33,439 nucleotides of DNA. Origin: an uncultured Dehalococcoidaceae bacterium. GTDB lineage: Bacteria > Chloroflexota > Dehalococcoidia > Dehalococcoidales > RBG-16-60-22. The position numbers and the translations under genes were made by a program. The DNA lies in NCBI GenBank assembly GCA_964623035.1, contig CAZUSN010000001.1, positions 1-33,439 of the forward strand, read 5' to 3'. Shown piece after piece: positions 1-9,169 of the stretch. The stretch's first letter is position 1. Every line of letters begins with the position of its first letter. The notes beneath the pieces are model-generated. The model made no database searches, was not told the DNA's origin, and saw only the letters and a list, made by a program, of their open reading frames with translations.

Positions 1-275
1 GGGGAATGAGATTTGAGACCCCTGGGAGAATTAATCTGGAGGAAATATTTGGCCAGGCTCAACCTCCGCCACCTCCGGAGGCACGCTATGATATCACCAT
101 TAACAAAGAACAGGCAACTCAGGGATTGGAAAAAGACCTTGTCCGGAAGGGGAGAAAACTGAGAGTAAAAATTCCCGCCGGAGTAAAAACCGGCACCAGG
201 ATAAGGCTGCGCGATGCTCGGCAGATAACTGATGGACAACCGGGAGACATAATCATTCTGGTCAAGGTCAGGTAA
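1..275 (+). CDS. DnaJ/CbpA-like co-chaperone, C-terminal domain fragment (5' end outside window)
   Basis: The frame is open to the window edge, so the ATG at 6 is probably internal. The tail YDITINKEQATQGLEKDL..GRKLRVKIPAGVKTGTRIRLRDARQ..GQPGDIIILVKV fits the DnaJ C-terminal beta-sandwich pattern (IPaGv.tG..iRl...G...GDl.v.v.v). TAA at 273-275. Confidence 0.55.
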   Translation, partial: GMRFETPGRINLEEIFGQAQPPPPPEARYDITINKEQATQGLEKDLVRKGRKLRVKIPAGVKTGTRIRLRDARQITDGQPGDIIILVKVR

Positions 276-325
276 AATAGGTTGTTAGACAATTTCGATA
301 ATAGATAATAAATGGAGAGGTGAAA

Positions 326-1432
326 ATGGCGCTGGGAATGCTCTATCGGGAAGAATTAAAGGAATATGACTTTGGGCCCGGTCACCCTTTTCGCGGCGAC
401 CGCTATCAAGATTTCCCCCGCTTCCTGAGGGAAAACCTCGCCGAAGACGACAATTACCGAATTCTCGAAGCTGAGCCAGCAGAGGACCAAGATTTAAGGC
501 TCATTTGCCGCCAGGAATACATTGATTTCACCAGGGAATACTATAAAGCAGCCAACCTCGGGGTAACCTATTCTGGTCAGTTCTTCAGATTTCACAGCGG
601 GGACAACATGCCCATGGGCCGACCGGGAAAGCTGGAAGAGGCAGCCAGATTGATTGTGGGACAAGCCAAAAAGGCGTGTCAGTTGGTTCAAGGTGGTGAA
701 TTCAAGAAAGTGGTCTCCATCGGCGGCGGGCTGCACCACGCCAAACCTTCCTATGGGGAGGGCTTCTGCCTCTACAATGACGTTGCTTTCTGCGCTTTAT
801 ATCTCTTGCAGGAGTATAAGCTGGAGAGAATCCTCATCCTGGATACCGATGCCCACGCCGGGAACGGAACCGCTGAGTATTTTTATGAAGACAGGAGAGT
901 CTTGTTCATTGACCTGCACCAGGACCCCAGAACCCTTTATCCCGGCACCGGCTTCGCCTATCAAATTGGTGCTGGAGATGGCAAAGGCTTTACCGTCAAC
1001 ATACCCCTGCCACCCTATGCCGGTTATGATTCTTACCAACTGGTTTTTGAGTCCATCGTCCAGCCTATTGTCGAGGAATTCAAACCCCAGATTATCATCC
1101 GAAACGGCGGCTCCGACCCGCATTTTAATGATGGGCTGACCAACCTCGGGCTGCCGGTAAGAGGTTTCAGGATGATTGGGGAAAAAGTTAGGGAAATGGC
1201 TAAGATTTGCCATGATAAGGTTATCGACCTGATTGCCTCCGGTTACAATCGAGAGATTTTGCCCTATGCCTGGCTGGCTCTGATTACAGGGCTGGCGGGC
1301 ATTGACTTGAAAATAGAGGAACCCTGGCTTATCTCTCAACAGATAAAAACCGACCCGGCTCTTGCCGAGACGGAAAGGGTTATCAAAGAGGTAAAACACC
1401 ATCTGAAGGAATATTGGGCATGTTTTCGGTAA
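326..1432 (+). CDS. Histone deacetylase-family amidohydrolase (AcuC / acetylpolyamine deacetylase-like)
   Basis: HDAC signatures GGGLHHAKPSYGEGFCLYNDVA and DTDAHAGNGT. A GGAGAGG Shine-Dalgarno lies about 5 nt upstream of ATG 326. The track start, GTG 320, is in frame but overlaps the SD. Confidence 0.85.
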   Translation: MALGMLYREELKEYDFGPGHPFRGDRYQDFPRFLRENLAEDDNYRILEAEPAEDQDLRLICRQEYIDFTREYYKAANLGVTYSGQFFRFHSGDNMPMGRPGKLEEAARLIVGQAKKACQLVQGGEFKKVVSIGGGLHHAKPSYGEGFCLYNDVAFCALYLLQEYKLERILILDTDAHAGNGTAEYFYEDRRVLFIDLHQDPRTLYPGTGFAYQIGAGDGKGFTVNIPLPPYAGYDSYQLVFESIVQPIVEEFKPQIIIRNGGSDPHFNDGLTNLGLPVRGFRMIGEKVREMAKICHDKVIDLIASGYNREILPYAWLALITGLAGIDLKIEEPWLISQQIKTDPALAETERVIKEVKHHLKEYWACFR

Positions 1433-1451
1433 AAAAATTTAGCGCCAGCCC

Positions 1452-1480
1452 TTGCAATCTGTCTTTGCTTTGACTATAAT
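1452..1480 (+). promoter_or_regulatory. Sigma70-like promoter for hyi-garR (TTGCAA-17 nt-TATAAT)
   Basis: TTGCAA at 1452-1457, a 17-nt spacer, and TATAAT at 1475-1480, about 40 nt upstream of the hyi ATG. Confidence 0.55.
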
Positions 1481-1522
1481 GCCCCTTGTGGTGAAATAAT
1501 CTGAAATGCAGGAGGAACGCTA

Positions 1523-2314
1523 ATGCCCAAATTCAGCGCTAATTTAACCATGCTTTTTACCGACGTTGATTTCCTGGACCGCTTTGCCCGAGCGGCCAAA
1601 GCCGGCTTCAAAGGGGTGGAATGCCAGTTCCCCTATCAATGGCCGAAGGAGGAGATAGCGGAAAGGCTGGCCAAAAACGGGCTAGAAATGGTACTGCACA
1701 ATCTGCCGGCAGGCAACTTTGCTGCCGGAGAGCGGGGCATCGCCTGCTTGCCGGGGAGAGAGGGAGAATTTCAGGAGGGGGTGGGCAAAGCCATAGAATA
1801 CGCCAAAGCCTTAAGCTGTCCGCGCCTCAACTGTCTCGTTGGCTTAACTCCCAAGGATGTGCCTGCTCAGAAGGTGCGCCAGACCCTGGTGAATAACCTG
1901 CGGTTTGCCGCCACTGCCTTAGGGAAAGAAGGCATTCCCTTACTGGTGGAGGCACTAAATAAGTATGATTTCCCCGGATTTTATCTTGTTTATACTCAGG
2001 ATGTTCTTCAGTTATTTGGCGAAGTCAATCACCCGAACCTCCGGCTTCAGTATGACATTTACCATATGCAAGTCATGGAGGGTAACTTGACCAAAACCAT
2101 TCGAGATAATGTTAACCGTATCGCTCATATTCAATTCGCCGATAATCCGGGGCGGCATGAGCCGGGAACCGGCGAAATCAATTTCCCCAATCTATTCCGT
2201 TTCATTGATGAGTCAGGATACACTGGCTGGATTGGCTGTGAATACAAGCCGGCTGGTGTGACTGAAGAAGGCCTGAAATGGGCAAAGTCATATCTTAAAG
2301 GAGGGAAGAAATAA
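1523..2314 (+). CDS. hyi: Hydroxypyruvate isomerase family protein (Hyi/OtnI-like TIM barrel)
   Basis: The N-terminus MPKFSANLTMLFTDVDFLDRFARAAKAGFKGVE and the later HIQFAD...PGRHEPGTGEINF...GYTGWIGCEYKP are typical of the Hyi family. GGAGG SD 7 nt upstream. Confidence 0.8.
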   Translation: MPKFSANLTMLFTDVDFLDRFARAAKAGFKGVECQFPYQWPKEEIAERLAKNGLEMVLHNLPAGNFAAGERGIACLPGREGEFQEGVGKAIEYAKALSCPRLNCLVGLTPKDVPAQKVRQTLVNNLRFAATALGKEGIPLLVEALNKYDFPGFYLVYTQDVLQLFGEVNHPNLRLQYDIYHMQVMEGNLTKTIRDNVNRIAHIQFADNPGRHEPGTGEINFPNLFRFIDESGYTGWIGCEYKPAGVTEEGLKWAKSYLKGGKK

Positions 2315-3201
2315 TGGCAAATCTTGGATTTATTGGACTGGGGATAATGGGTAAGCCAATGGCTGGGCATCTGCTCGCCGCTGGACACACTGTCCATGTT
2401 TACGATGTGGTCCCAGAGGCAGTCAAGGAGCTGGTGGGAAAAGGTGCCGTAGCCTGCAGCAACGCTAAGGAAGTAGCCCAGAAATCCGACATCACCTTCA
2501 CCATGGTGCCGGACACGCCAGATGTGGAAGCTGTACTGTTTGGTAAGAATGGTGTCGCTGAGGGAGTCAAGCCGGGCTCCATCGTGGTGGATATGAGCTC
2601 CGTCTCCCCGATTGCCACTAAAGAGTTTGCCAAAAAGTTAGCGGCTAAGAAAGTGGAGATGCTTGATGCCCCCGTTTCCGGCGGTCAGGTAGGCGCACAA
2701 AATGCTACCCTTTCCATTATGGTAGGCGGCAAGCCGGAGGTTTTTGAAAAAATCAAGCCCTATTTTCAACTCATGGGCAAGAACATTGTCCATATTGGCA
2801 GTAACGGAGACGGGCAGACCTGCAAGGTGGCTAACCAGATTGTGGTCGGGATAACCATCATGGCTATCAGTGAAGCCCTTCTCTTTGCCTCCAAGGCTGG
2901 TGCTAACCCGGCGAAGGTAAGAGAAGCCTTACTCGGTGGCTTTGCCAATAGCCGCATCCTGGAATTGCATGGCAAACGTATGATTGAGCGCACCTTTGCC
3001 CCCGGCTTTCGCATCCGGCATCAGCAAAAGGACCTCAATCTGGCTCTGCAAGGAGCCCGCACCTTAGGAATGAGCTTGCCCGGTACCGCCGTAGCACAGG
3101 AACTGTTCAACGCGGTCTCTGCCCAAGGCGATATTGACCTAGACCACTCTGCCCTAGTATTGGCTCTGGAAAAGCTCGCCAACCACAAAGTCAGCGGGTA
3201 G
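2314..3201 (+). CDS. garR: 2-hydroxy-3-oxopropionate (tartronate semialdehyde) reductase / 3-hydroxyisobutyrate dehydrogenase family
   Basis: Rossmann N-terminus GFIGLGIMGKPMAGHL, plus DAPVSGG and GDGQTCKVANQ motifs. TAATG stop/start overlap with hyi. Confidence 0.8.
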   Translation: MANLGFIGLGIMGKPMAGHLLAAGHTVHVYDVVPEAVKELVGKGAVACSNAKEVAQKSDITFTMVPDTPDVEAVLFGKNGVAEGVKPGSIVVDMSSVSPIATKEFAKKLAAKKVEMLDAPVSGGQVGAQNATLSIMVGGKPEVFEKIKPYFQLMGKNIVHIGSNGDGQTCKVANQIVVGITIMAISEALLFASKAGANPAKVREALLGGFANSRILELHGKRMIERTFAPGFRIRHQQKDLNLALQGARTLGMSLPGTAVAQELFNAVSAQGDIDLDHSALVLALEKLANHKVSG

Positions 3202-3239
3202 TCAACTGATACCTTACCCCAATCGTAACAAAGATAGAG

Positions 3240-3271
3240 GGTGGGAGGGACAAAACCCCTCCCACCTTTTT
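3240..3271 (+). terminator. Rho-independent terminator after garR
   Basis: Perfect 10-bp stem GGTGGGAGGG (3240-3249) / CCCTCCCACC (3257-3266) with a 7-nt loop, followed by TTTTT (3267-3271). Confidence 0.75.
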
Positions 3272-3484
3272 CCCCGTTTCCCCTCAGGGAACAAACCTAA
3301 ATCCCCAGGTGCAACTACAAATCACTTTTTATAAGAAAACTCCTACAAAGCGCCATCAAAATTCCGACCGGTATCGTCGCTTTTTAATTATCAGCCAAAT
3401 TTCGATTTGGAACGTACTAATGTACTGCTTTATGTCTATGACCAAAGGACTATTGTCATTGAAGGGGGCGCCAGATAAGATAAA

Positions 3485-3568
3485 TTGGGGTGTTGTTACC
3501 ACATTGTAATCTTTTTGTAACTACATCTTAACGTGTTGGGGGTGTTGTTTAACGTTTTTGTAACTACA
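3485..3568 (+). repeat. Composite direct repeat upstream of the HTH gene that heads the pil operon
   Basis: TTGGGGTGTTGTT (3485-3497) and TTTTTGTAACTACA (3512-3525) recur as TTGGGGGTGTTGTT (3536-3549) and TTTTTGTAACTACA (3555-3568). A third related copy, GCAACTACA, sits at 3311-3319. Confidence 0.6.
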
Positions 3569-3607
3569 CAAATGTATACTAAAGTCACCTATTGGTTAAG
3601 TAAACAC

Positions 3608-3871
3608 ATGAATGCTAAAGAAAGGATGATGGAACGGCCCATGTCATCTACAGAGGAAGTACTGGATAGGATGTTAACCCTGAATGAAGTAGCCTACCTT
3701 CTACACGTCCACCCCAGCACGGTCAGACGGTGGCAGAAAAAGGGTCAGCTGAGAGCATACCGCCTCGGTCCAAAGAGTGTTATAAGATTCAGGAAGGAGG
3801 ATGTGTCCAATTTCCTTAATTTGACTAATGGGTCGCAGGATGAATATGGCTTGGTGAGGTTGGGCAAATAG
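3608..3871 (+). CDS. Excisionase/MerR-type helix-turn-helix DNA-binding protein
   Basis: LTLNEVAYLLHVHPSTVRRWQKKGQLRAYRLGPKSVIRFRKEDVSNFL matches the excisionase-family HTH pattern. The start is ambiguous: in-frame candidates are 3533 GTG, 3608, 3626 and 3641 ATG, and none has a clean SD. Confidence 0.7.
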   Translation: MNAKERMMERPMSSTEEVLDRMLTLNEVAYLLHVHPSTVRRWQKKGQLRAYRLGPKSVIRFRKEDVSNFLNLTNGSQDEYGLVRLGK

Positions 3872-3968
3872 TCATTCAATAAAGCCGATGTACCTGCCTG
3901 AAGAGGTTTTAAAATAATTAAGAAGAGCCAGCGAGGAAAAATAAGTTCGGAAGGAAGTTGAATTAAAG

Positions 3969-5498
3969 ATGCCAGATTATCCTTTGGAAGAGTCCCAGAC
4001 CATAGAACATCAGAGCAAGCTGCGCAAGCATTTGATTCAGCCTGAGGCCTTAAGATTGATTCCAGAGGCATTAGCCAGGAAATACAATGCCATACCTCTG
4101 GAAATAAGCGGTAATGTCTTACATGTGGCTATGGCAAACTCTGCCGATATCATAGCTCTGGAAGCCCTGGCCAGCCAGAGCCAAATGCACATCGTGCCTG
4201 AGACCGCCAGTGCTGAGGAAATTCGAGAAGCTATTGATTTTAATTATCAATCATATGAAGAAATTGAGAAACAGATTTCCAGTATCTCTTTACCCACTGA
4301 AGAGGAACGAATTAGACTGGATACGGTTACCGATGCCCCCGTAGCTCGGGCGCTCGCCCTCATCATCGATGAAGCGGTTAAAGCCCGAGCTTCTGACATC
4401 CATCTTCATCCCCAGGAAGATAAATTACTGGTACGCTGTCGTATTGATGGCACACTGCACAATATGCTTACCTTACCTTTGATGACAGCTACTCCGCTTA
4501 TTTCTCGAATTAAAATCCTGGCTAATATGAATATCGCTGACCACCATCGCCCTCAGGACGGACAGTTTTCCATCACCACCAAAGGCGGTCAGTCAATCGA
4601 TATTCGTGTTGGCACTGTAGCCACGGTCTATGGTGAGATGGCCGCCCTGCGGCTTCTCGATAAATCCAGAATCATTATGACCCTGACGGATTTAGGATTT
4701 CTTCCGGAATGTCTGAACAAGTATCAAGAGATGCTTAATGTCCCCTACGGTATGATTTTAGTCAGTGGCCCTACTGGTTCTGGTAAAACGACCACCCTTT
4801 ATGCTTCGGTCAATTGTCTTGACTGTACCGGGACCAATATCATCACCATTGAAGACCCCGTAGAATACCGGTTCAGGAATATTAATCAGATTCAGGTTAA
4901 TCCCCGGGCTGGTCTTACTTTCGCCAGTGGACTCAGGTCCATATTACGTCTTGACCCTAACGTGATATTGGTTGGTGAGATACGTGATGCCGAAACAGCC
5001 AGAATCGCTGTCCAGGCAGCGCTCACCGGGCATCTGGTACTATCCTCCATCCACGCCAATGATGCCGTAGGCGTCGTCTTCCGCCTCCTTGATTTGGGTA
5101 TTGAGCCCTTCCTAGTGGCCTCGGCACTTATTGGAGTAGTGGCACAACGAATGGTACGTCGGACGTGTCCCGATTGTGCTCAGTTAATGGAAATTCCCTT
5201 GGTAGAGCAAATGGCTTACGCCAAGGAAACAGGTGAAAAGCGGCGCGAGTTCGTTTGCGGTACCAGCTGCAAATCATGTTCCTATACCGGCTACCGGGGG
5301 CGAACCGGTATCTTCGAACTACTCCAGATAACTGACGAGATAAGAATGATGTTGCTCAAGGGCACTACCTCTAACCAGTTACGAGTTCAAGCAATTAAAG
5401 ATGGGATGAAGCCTCTGGTTAAAGATGGGATGCTGAAAGTAAAAGCAAATATCACCACTACTGCCGAAGTCTTACGTAACGCTTATTCCTCGGATTAG
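3969..5498 (+). CDS. pilB: Type IV pilus assembly (extension) ATPase, PilB/GspE family
   Basis: Has a T2SSE_N-like N-domain. Motifs: Walker A GPTGSGKTTT, Asp box ITIEDPVEY, Walker B PNVILVGEIRD, His box LTGHLVLSSIHAND. Tetracysteine CPDC...CKSC. Confidence 0.92.
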   Translation: MPDYPLEESQTIEHQSKLRKHLIQPEALRLIPEALARKYNAIPLEISGNVLHVAMANSADIIALEALASQSQMHIVPETASAEEIREAIDFNYQSYEEIEKQISSISLPTEEERIRLDTVTDAPVARALALIIDEAVKARASDIHLHPQEDKLLVRCRIDGTLHNMLTLPLMTATPLISRIKILANMNIADHHRPQDGQFSITTKGGQSIDIRVGTVATVYGEMAALRLLDKSRIIMTLTDLGFLPECLNKYQEMLNVPYGMILVSGPTGSGKTTTLYASVNCLDCTGTNIITIEDPVEYRFRNINQIQVNPRAGLTFASGLRSILRLDPNVILVGEIRDAETARIAVQAALTGHLVLSSIHANDAVGVVFRLLDLGIEPFLVASALIGVVAQRMVRRTCPDCAQLMEIPLVEQMAYAKETGEKRREFVCGTSCKSCSYTGYRGRTGIFELLQITDEIRMMLLKGTTSNQLRVQAIKDGMKPLVKDGMLKVKANITTTAEVLRNAYSSD

Positions 5499-5564
5499 TT
5501 AACTCCCCAAAGTCTCTAAGATGAAACTAAGGGGAATGTATGGAATGTATGGTAGGTAGGTGAA

Positions 5565-6773
5565 ATGGTCTTTCAATACGTAGCCTATAATGAAAAGGGA
5601 GAGGTAGTCAAAGGCAGATTACCTGCCCTAAATGAAGAAGCAGCCACAGACCTACTGGGCTACGCGGGTTATCAAGCAATTAGCCTCAAACCGTATATCC
5701 CATTTTTTAACACAGAAAAGCTATCAGCCATCTTTTCCCAAGTGAAATCGAACGAGATAATACTCTTTTATCGCCAGCTAGCTATGCTTCTCGAATCCGG
5801 TATTGATATTGTTGCTTCCCTCGAGTTGCTCCAGGAGCAGGCAACCAACCGTGCCCTAAAGAAAGTTTTAGGTGAAATAATCTCTGACCTCCGCGGCGGC
5901 TATCAGCTATCGAAAGCTCTGAGCAAATATCCTCGGGTCTTCTCGTCCATTTACTGTCGGCTACTGAGCGTAGGAGAACAGAGCGGCGACCTTGAGACAG
6001 TGCTGAATCAGGTCGCTGAATATATGGATAAGGAAGCTACTACCGCCAAACAGACTAAAAATGCCCTGATGTATCCGGTGATTACTTCTGTCGTCACCGT
6101 TGTGGTCATAGTCATACTGGTTACCTTTGTCTTGCCCAGCTTTGGTAGTCTCTACAGTTCCCTCGGGGTTGATTTACCAGCTTCAGCCCAGATGATGATC
6201 GACACCGCTAAGATAATCCAAAACAACTGGACGTATCTTATGCTGACGTTTTTCGGCATCGCTATCTCAGGCCTTCTCTATATCAGGACTCAGAGTGGCC
6301 GATACAAGTGGGACAAACTAGTCCTGCGTTTACCAATGATAGGGCGAGTGAGTCATCTTAGTGAACTTGCCCGCTATTGCCGGAGCATGTCGTTGCTCTT
6401 CCATGCTGGTTTGCCCTTGACTGAAGTTATGCCTTTACTTGTTCAGAGCAGCAGCAATCGGGTGCTGGCTAAGGCACTTATTGAGGTTCAGCAAGATATG
6501 GTAAAAGGCGAGGGCTTATCCCAGCCAATGGCAAAGAATAAATTTTTTCTGCCCATGATGGTGCAGATGGTCAGGGTTGGTGAAGAAACGGGCAACCTTG
6601 ATGTTACTTTGCGTTCTGTGGCTCGAAGCTATGAAGCCGAAGCCGAAGATAAGACCCGCTCACTCATTGCCTTAATTCAACCGGCAATGACGCTGATTAT
6701 CGGACTGGTCATTGGTTTGATTGCCTTATCGTTGCTTTCAGTGATGTACTCTGTGTATGGGAAGGGGTTCTAG
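5565..6773 (+). CDS. pilC: Type IV pilus platform protein, PilC/GspF family
   Basis: Two GspF-type repeats (LLESGIDIVASLELL and LLFHAGLPLTEVMPLL), three hydrophobic segments, and a typical ~400 aa length. Confidence 0.9.
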   Translation: MVFQYVAYNEKGEVVKGRLPALNEEAATDLLGYAGYQAISLKPYIPFFNTEKLSAIFSQVKSNEIILFYRQLAMLLESGIDIVASLELLQEQATNRALKKVLGEIISDLRGGYQLSKALSKYPRVFSSIYCRLLSVGEQSGDLETVLNQVAEYMDKEATTAKQTKNALMYPVITSVVTVVVIVILVTFVLPSFGSLYSSLGVDLPASAQMMIDTAKIIQNNWTYLMLTFFGIAISGLLYIRTQSGRYKWDKLVLRLPMIGRVSHLSELARYCRSMSLLFHAGLPLTEVMPLLVQSSSNRVLAKALIEVQQDMVKGEGLSQPMAKNKFFLPMMVQMVRVGEETGNLDVTLRSVARSYEAEAEDKTRSLIALIQPAMTLIIGLVIGLIALSLLSVMYSVYGKGF

Positions 6774-6794
6774 CTACCAATTGAGGAGAAGTCA

Positions 6795-7196
6795 ATGCGA
6801 CTGTTTCGGATAATATTCAAATTTCTTCACGGTGAGTCAGGGGTAACCTTCATTGAAACAGCTGTGGCTCTGGCTATTTTAGGCATAATTGGGGTCACCT
6901 TCCTTAATGGACTGACCACAGCCTCCAAATCGGTTCTTATCGCCGATAGGCAGACGACAGCCATGAGCCTGGCTCAAAGTCAAATGGAGTGGGCCAAGAA
7001 TGCGAGTTATTCCTATGAGGCTACCGGATATCCCCCCGCACCAATACCCGACAGCAAGGATTATATTGATTATTCAGCGGCAGTCAGCGCTGAGCCTTTG
7101 AACACACCCGATGATGGTATCCAGAAGATAACCGTCAGGGTCTATCATTCTGGTGAACAAATAACGATACTGAAGGGTTACAAGGTAGACAGATGA
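6795..7196 (+). CDS. Minor (pseudo)pilin with class III signal, GspI/PilV-like
   Basis: Leader then LHGESG|VTFIETAVALAILGIIGV with Glu at +5, then TTAMSLAQSQMEW. GAGGAG SD 6 nt upstream. Confidence 0.75.
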   Translation: MRLFRIIFKFLHGESGVTFIETAVALAILGIIGVTFLNGLTTASKSVLIADRQTTAMSLAQSQMEWAKNASYSYEATGYPPAPIPDSKDYIDYSAAVSAEPLNTPDDGIQKITVRVYHSGEQITILKGYKVDR

Positions 7197-7723
7197 AGCA
7201 AGGCGAAAAGGGTTTTACTCATCTTGAGCTGATAATCGCTCTTTCCATCATGGCTCTGGTAGGCGTGGCCACTGCCTTAGCTACGTTCCAGGTATTCAAA
7301 GGAACTGAGCTCAGCAACACCCATATGACGGTGGTAAACCAGGTACAGAACGCGGGCTACTGGATTAGCCGTGATGCCCAGAGGGCACAGAGCGTCACTA
7401 CTGATAATTTAACACCGCCCGATTTCTTGCTCATTAGCTGGACTGACTGGGCTGACCCCGATGACCCAATTTACCATACCGCAACCTATTTTTTTGAAGA
7501 TTTGACTGACGGGATTGGAAAACTGAAGCGGAGTCACTGGAGCAGCGCCGGGGCAAATGAAGAGACCCTTGTTGCTGAGCATATGTATTATGACCCTGAT
7601 GACCCTGAGAAGACCTGTAAAACCAGCTATCAGTCCACAGTATTAACCGTACAAATAACCGCGGTCCGTGGCGATGACAGTGAAATCAGAGAATACAAGA
7701 TTAAACACCGCTCAAATCTTTAA
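7193..7723 (+). CDS. Minor (pseudo)pilin with class III signal, GspJ/PilW-like
   Basis: MKQGEKG|FTHLELIIALSIMALVGV with Glu +5. ATGA overlap with the upstream gene. Confidence 0.75.
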   Translation: MKQGEKGFTHLELIIALSIMALVGVATALATFQVFKGTELSNTHMTVVNQVQNAGYWISRDAQRAQSVTTDNLTPPDFLLISWTDWADPDDPIYHTATYFFEDLTDGIGKLKRSHWSSAGANEETLVAEHMYYDPDDPEKTCKTSYQSTVLTVQITAVRGDDSEIREYKIKHRSNL

Positions 7724-7739
7724 CTTGTTGGGGAATGAA

Positions 7740-8594
7740 ATGCTAAGGCTGCTGAAAAAGCTTATACGTGATGAGAAAGGGCAAGTCCTGCCCGCAGTCC
7801 TGGGTTTGCTGGTATTGGGGGGGCTGATAATTGCCCCAAGTATCAATTATGTCAGCACCTGCCTCAATAGCAGCCGAATGATTAATGCTGGCATCAGAGG
7901 AACCTATGCCGCTGACGCCGGTATCGAAGATGCTCTGTGGTCATTAGCCAAAGGCTCGCCCCCTCCAGCGCAACTATCGGAAAACCTTAATCAAATGAGC
8001 GTAGAGATAGAGACGGAAAATAACGGATACTATACTCTGTATCTTGGTGAGCTAATCGAGCCTGGTAAACATAATGATTACCTTGATGTAGATGGAGAGA
8101 TGGTGTGGGATGAAGAGGAGGAGGCTTATAAATATACCATCAATATCACCTGGCAGGCTGAACCGGGGGCACCGGATATAAAATTGCAGCAGGTTGGGGC
8201 GAGAATTCCCGTGGGCTATAGCTACCAAACAGGGTCAGCTGCCAATTTTGAGGAAAACCTGTCCACCGATGAACCGGATGAGTTATTAGATGAACAGGGT
8301 GCCTACATGCTCAACTGGGTACTTAGTCCACCACTGCCCAGCATTTCCCCAAGTAACCCGGTGCGAACCCAAACTTTCTACATCACCGGAGAGGGGAACC
8401 CGGAAGGTCATTATGCCTGGGTGGTAGCCAACCGAACAGACGTCGGTGCGGTGGGTGAAATTGCCGGCGCATACTACCAAATTACGGCCACAGCCACTAG
8501 CCCTGAAGACGGCCGGACGACAGCGCAAATAGTGGCTGATGTAGTGGTCGGTTTAGATGGAACCTATATCCTGTCCTGGCAGGTGTTAAATTAG
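7740..8594 (+). CDS. PilX_N / GspK-like large minor pilin (no Glu5)
   Basis: MLRLLKKLIRDEKG|QVLPAVLGLLVLGGLIIAP followed by AADAGIEDALWSL, as in PilX N-terminal domains. I chose ATG 7740 because the track start 7668 overlaps the previous gene. Confidence 0.55.
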   Translation: MLRLLKKLIRDEKGQVLPAVLGLLVLGGLIIAPSINYVSTCLNSSRMINAGIRGTYAADAGIEDALWSLAKGSPPPAQLSENLNQMSVEIETENNGYYTLYLGELIEPGKHNDYLDVDGEMVWDEEEEAYKYTINITWQAEPGAPDIKLQQVGARIPVGYSYQTGSAANFEENLSTDEPDELLDEQGAYMLNWVLSPPLPSISPSNPVRTQTFYITGEGNPEGHYAWVVANRTDVGAVGEIAGAYYQITATATSPEDGRTTAQIVADVVVGLDGTYILSWQVLN

Positions 8595-8615
8595 ACATAT
8601 TAGAGGAGCACGGTA

Positions 8616-9167
8616 TTGAAGATAAGTAAAACCAGTTGGCTGGTAATAATTATCGGTATTTTTCTCATTTTATTAGCTAGCCTCGGTGTAGTTCGTTCTC
8701 AGCAGGTTCGCGAGCAAAATGACCTGAAAGAGAAACTTGCCCTGACCCAGTTGAAGTTACAGGCGATTCAGCTGGACCCATTCTCCCAGCGAGAGGGAGA
8801 ATTAGAAGAACAGCTGAGTCAAACCCTGGCGCAGTCTGAAACTGCCCGGTCTATACTTTCCCAGCCCATCGGGTGCATCATGGTCAGTGACCTCTTGTTT
8901 GACCTTGCCGAAGCTAATAAGGTAAACATCACCGAAATCACTTCATCAGGTATGGCTGATAGCAATTTAGAAGGGGTTCCCTGCTTAGCGCTGACACTTA
9001 GGACCGGGGTCAAGGGAGAAGTAGCTGACCTGGTTAATTTTATCACCACGCTGAATAATGAGCTGAGTACCGGTTTCGTTCAGTCAATGGAAATGACCAT
9101 TCCTGAATCGAAAGAACAGCCGTCGGCTAAAATCCAGCTCATCGTTTACACACATAAAGGTGACTAG
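8616..9167 (+). CDS. PilO-like (GspM-like) bitopic alignment protein
   Basis: Short cytoplasmic N-terminus, a TM helix WLVIIIGIFLILLASLGVV, a coiled coil, then LLFDLAEANKVNI...VKGEVADLVNFITTLN (PilO-type ferredoxin-like pattern). TTG start with GAGGAG SD 7 nt upstream. Confidence 0.55.
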   Translation: MKISKTSWLVIIIGIFLILLASLGVVRSQQVREQNDLKEKLALTQLKLQAIQLDPFSQREGELEEQLSQTLAQSETARSILSQPIGCIMVSDLLFDLAEANKVNITEITSSGMADSNLEGVPCLALTLRTGVKGEVADLVNFITTLNNELSTGFVQSMEMTIPESKEQPSAKIQLIVYTHKGD

Positions 9168-9169
9168 TT

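Noticed and set aside
72-81. Perfect 10-bp palindrome CCTCCGGAGG
   Set aside because: It lies inside the DnaJ-like CDS and is a by-product of the Pro-Pro-Pro-Pro-Pro-Glu codons. No regulatory context is present.
494-1402. Alternative-frame and antisense ORFs inside the HDAC gene, with similar ones inside garR, pilT, the sensor gene, the kinase, tilS, the NAPRTase and purH
   Set aside because: All lie within longer ORFs that have strong family motifs. They lack SD sites and give low-complexity translations, so they are typical shadow ORFs.
3309-3509. 66-aa ORF in the garR/pil intergenic region
   Set aside because: It has no SD and lies in AT-rich sequence with a low-complexity product. It overlaps the repeat/promoter region and is more likely non-coding.
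3202-3607. c-di-GMP (GEMM) riboswitch ahead of the pilus operon
   Set aside because: I could not find the conserved GEMM-I features (GNRA tetraloop/receptor helices with ...GCAAA.../...CCGG... cores) by eye. A covariance-model scan would be needed to be certain.
3608-3871. Excisionase-type HTH as a sign of a prophage or integrative element
   Set aside because: No integrase, att-like repeats, tRNA target or phage genes are nearby. The gene sits at the head of the pil operon and is better read as a local regulator.
3969-4400. PilB N-terminal domain as an MshEN-type c-di-GMP receptor
   Set aside because: The N-domain looks like a generic T2SSE_N domain (LIPEALARKYNAIPLEISGNVLHVAM). I could not find the tandem RLGxx(L/V/I)(L/V/I)xxG(L/V/I)(L/V/I)xxxxLxxxLxxQ motif.
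5533-5560. Short tandem duplications GGAATGTAT x2 and GGTAG x2 just upstream of pilC, as a phase-variation tract
   Set aside because: There are only two copies of each unit, located in the intergenic region. That is too short for efficient slippage, and they probably just form the RBS context.
7668-7739. Upstream-extended starts from the ORF track (7668, 10572, 18434, 21301, 27400) that overlap the preceding genes
   Set aside because: In each case an internal ATG with a properly spaced GGAGG-type SD (7740 excepted, which has a weak SD) removes the overlap. It also begins at the expected N-terminal motif.
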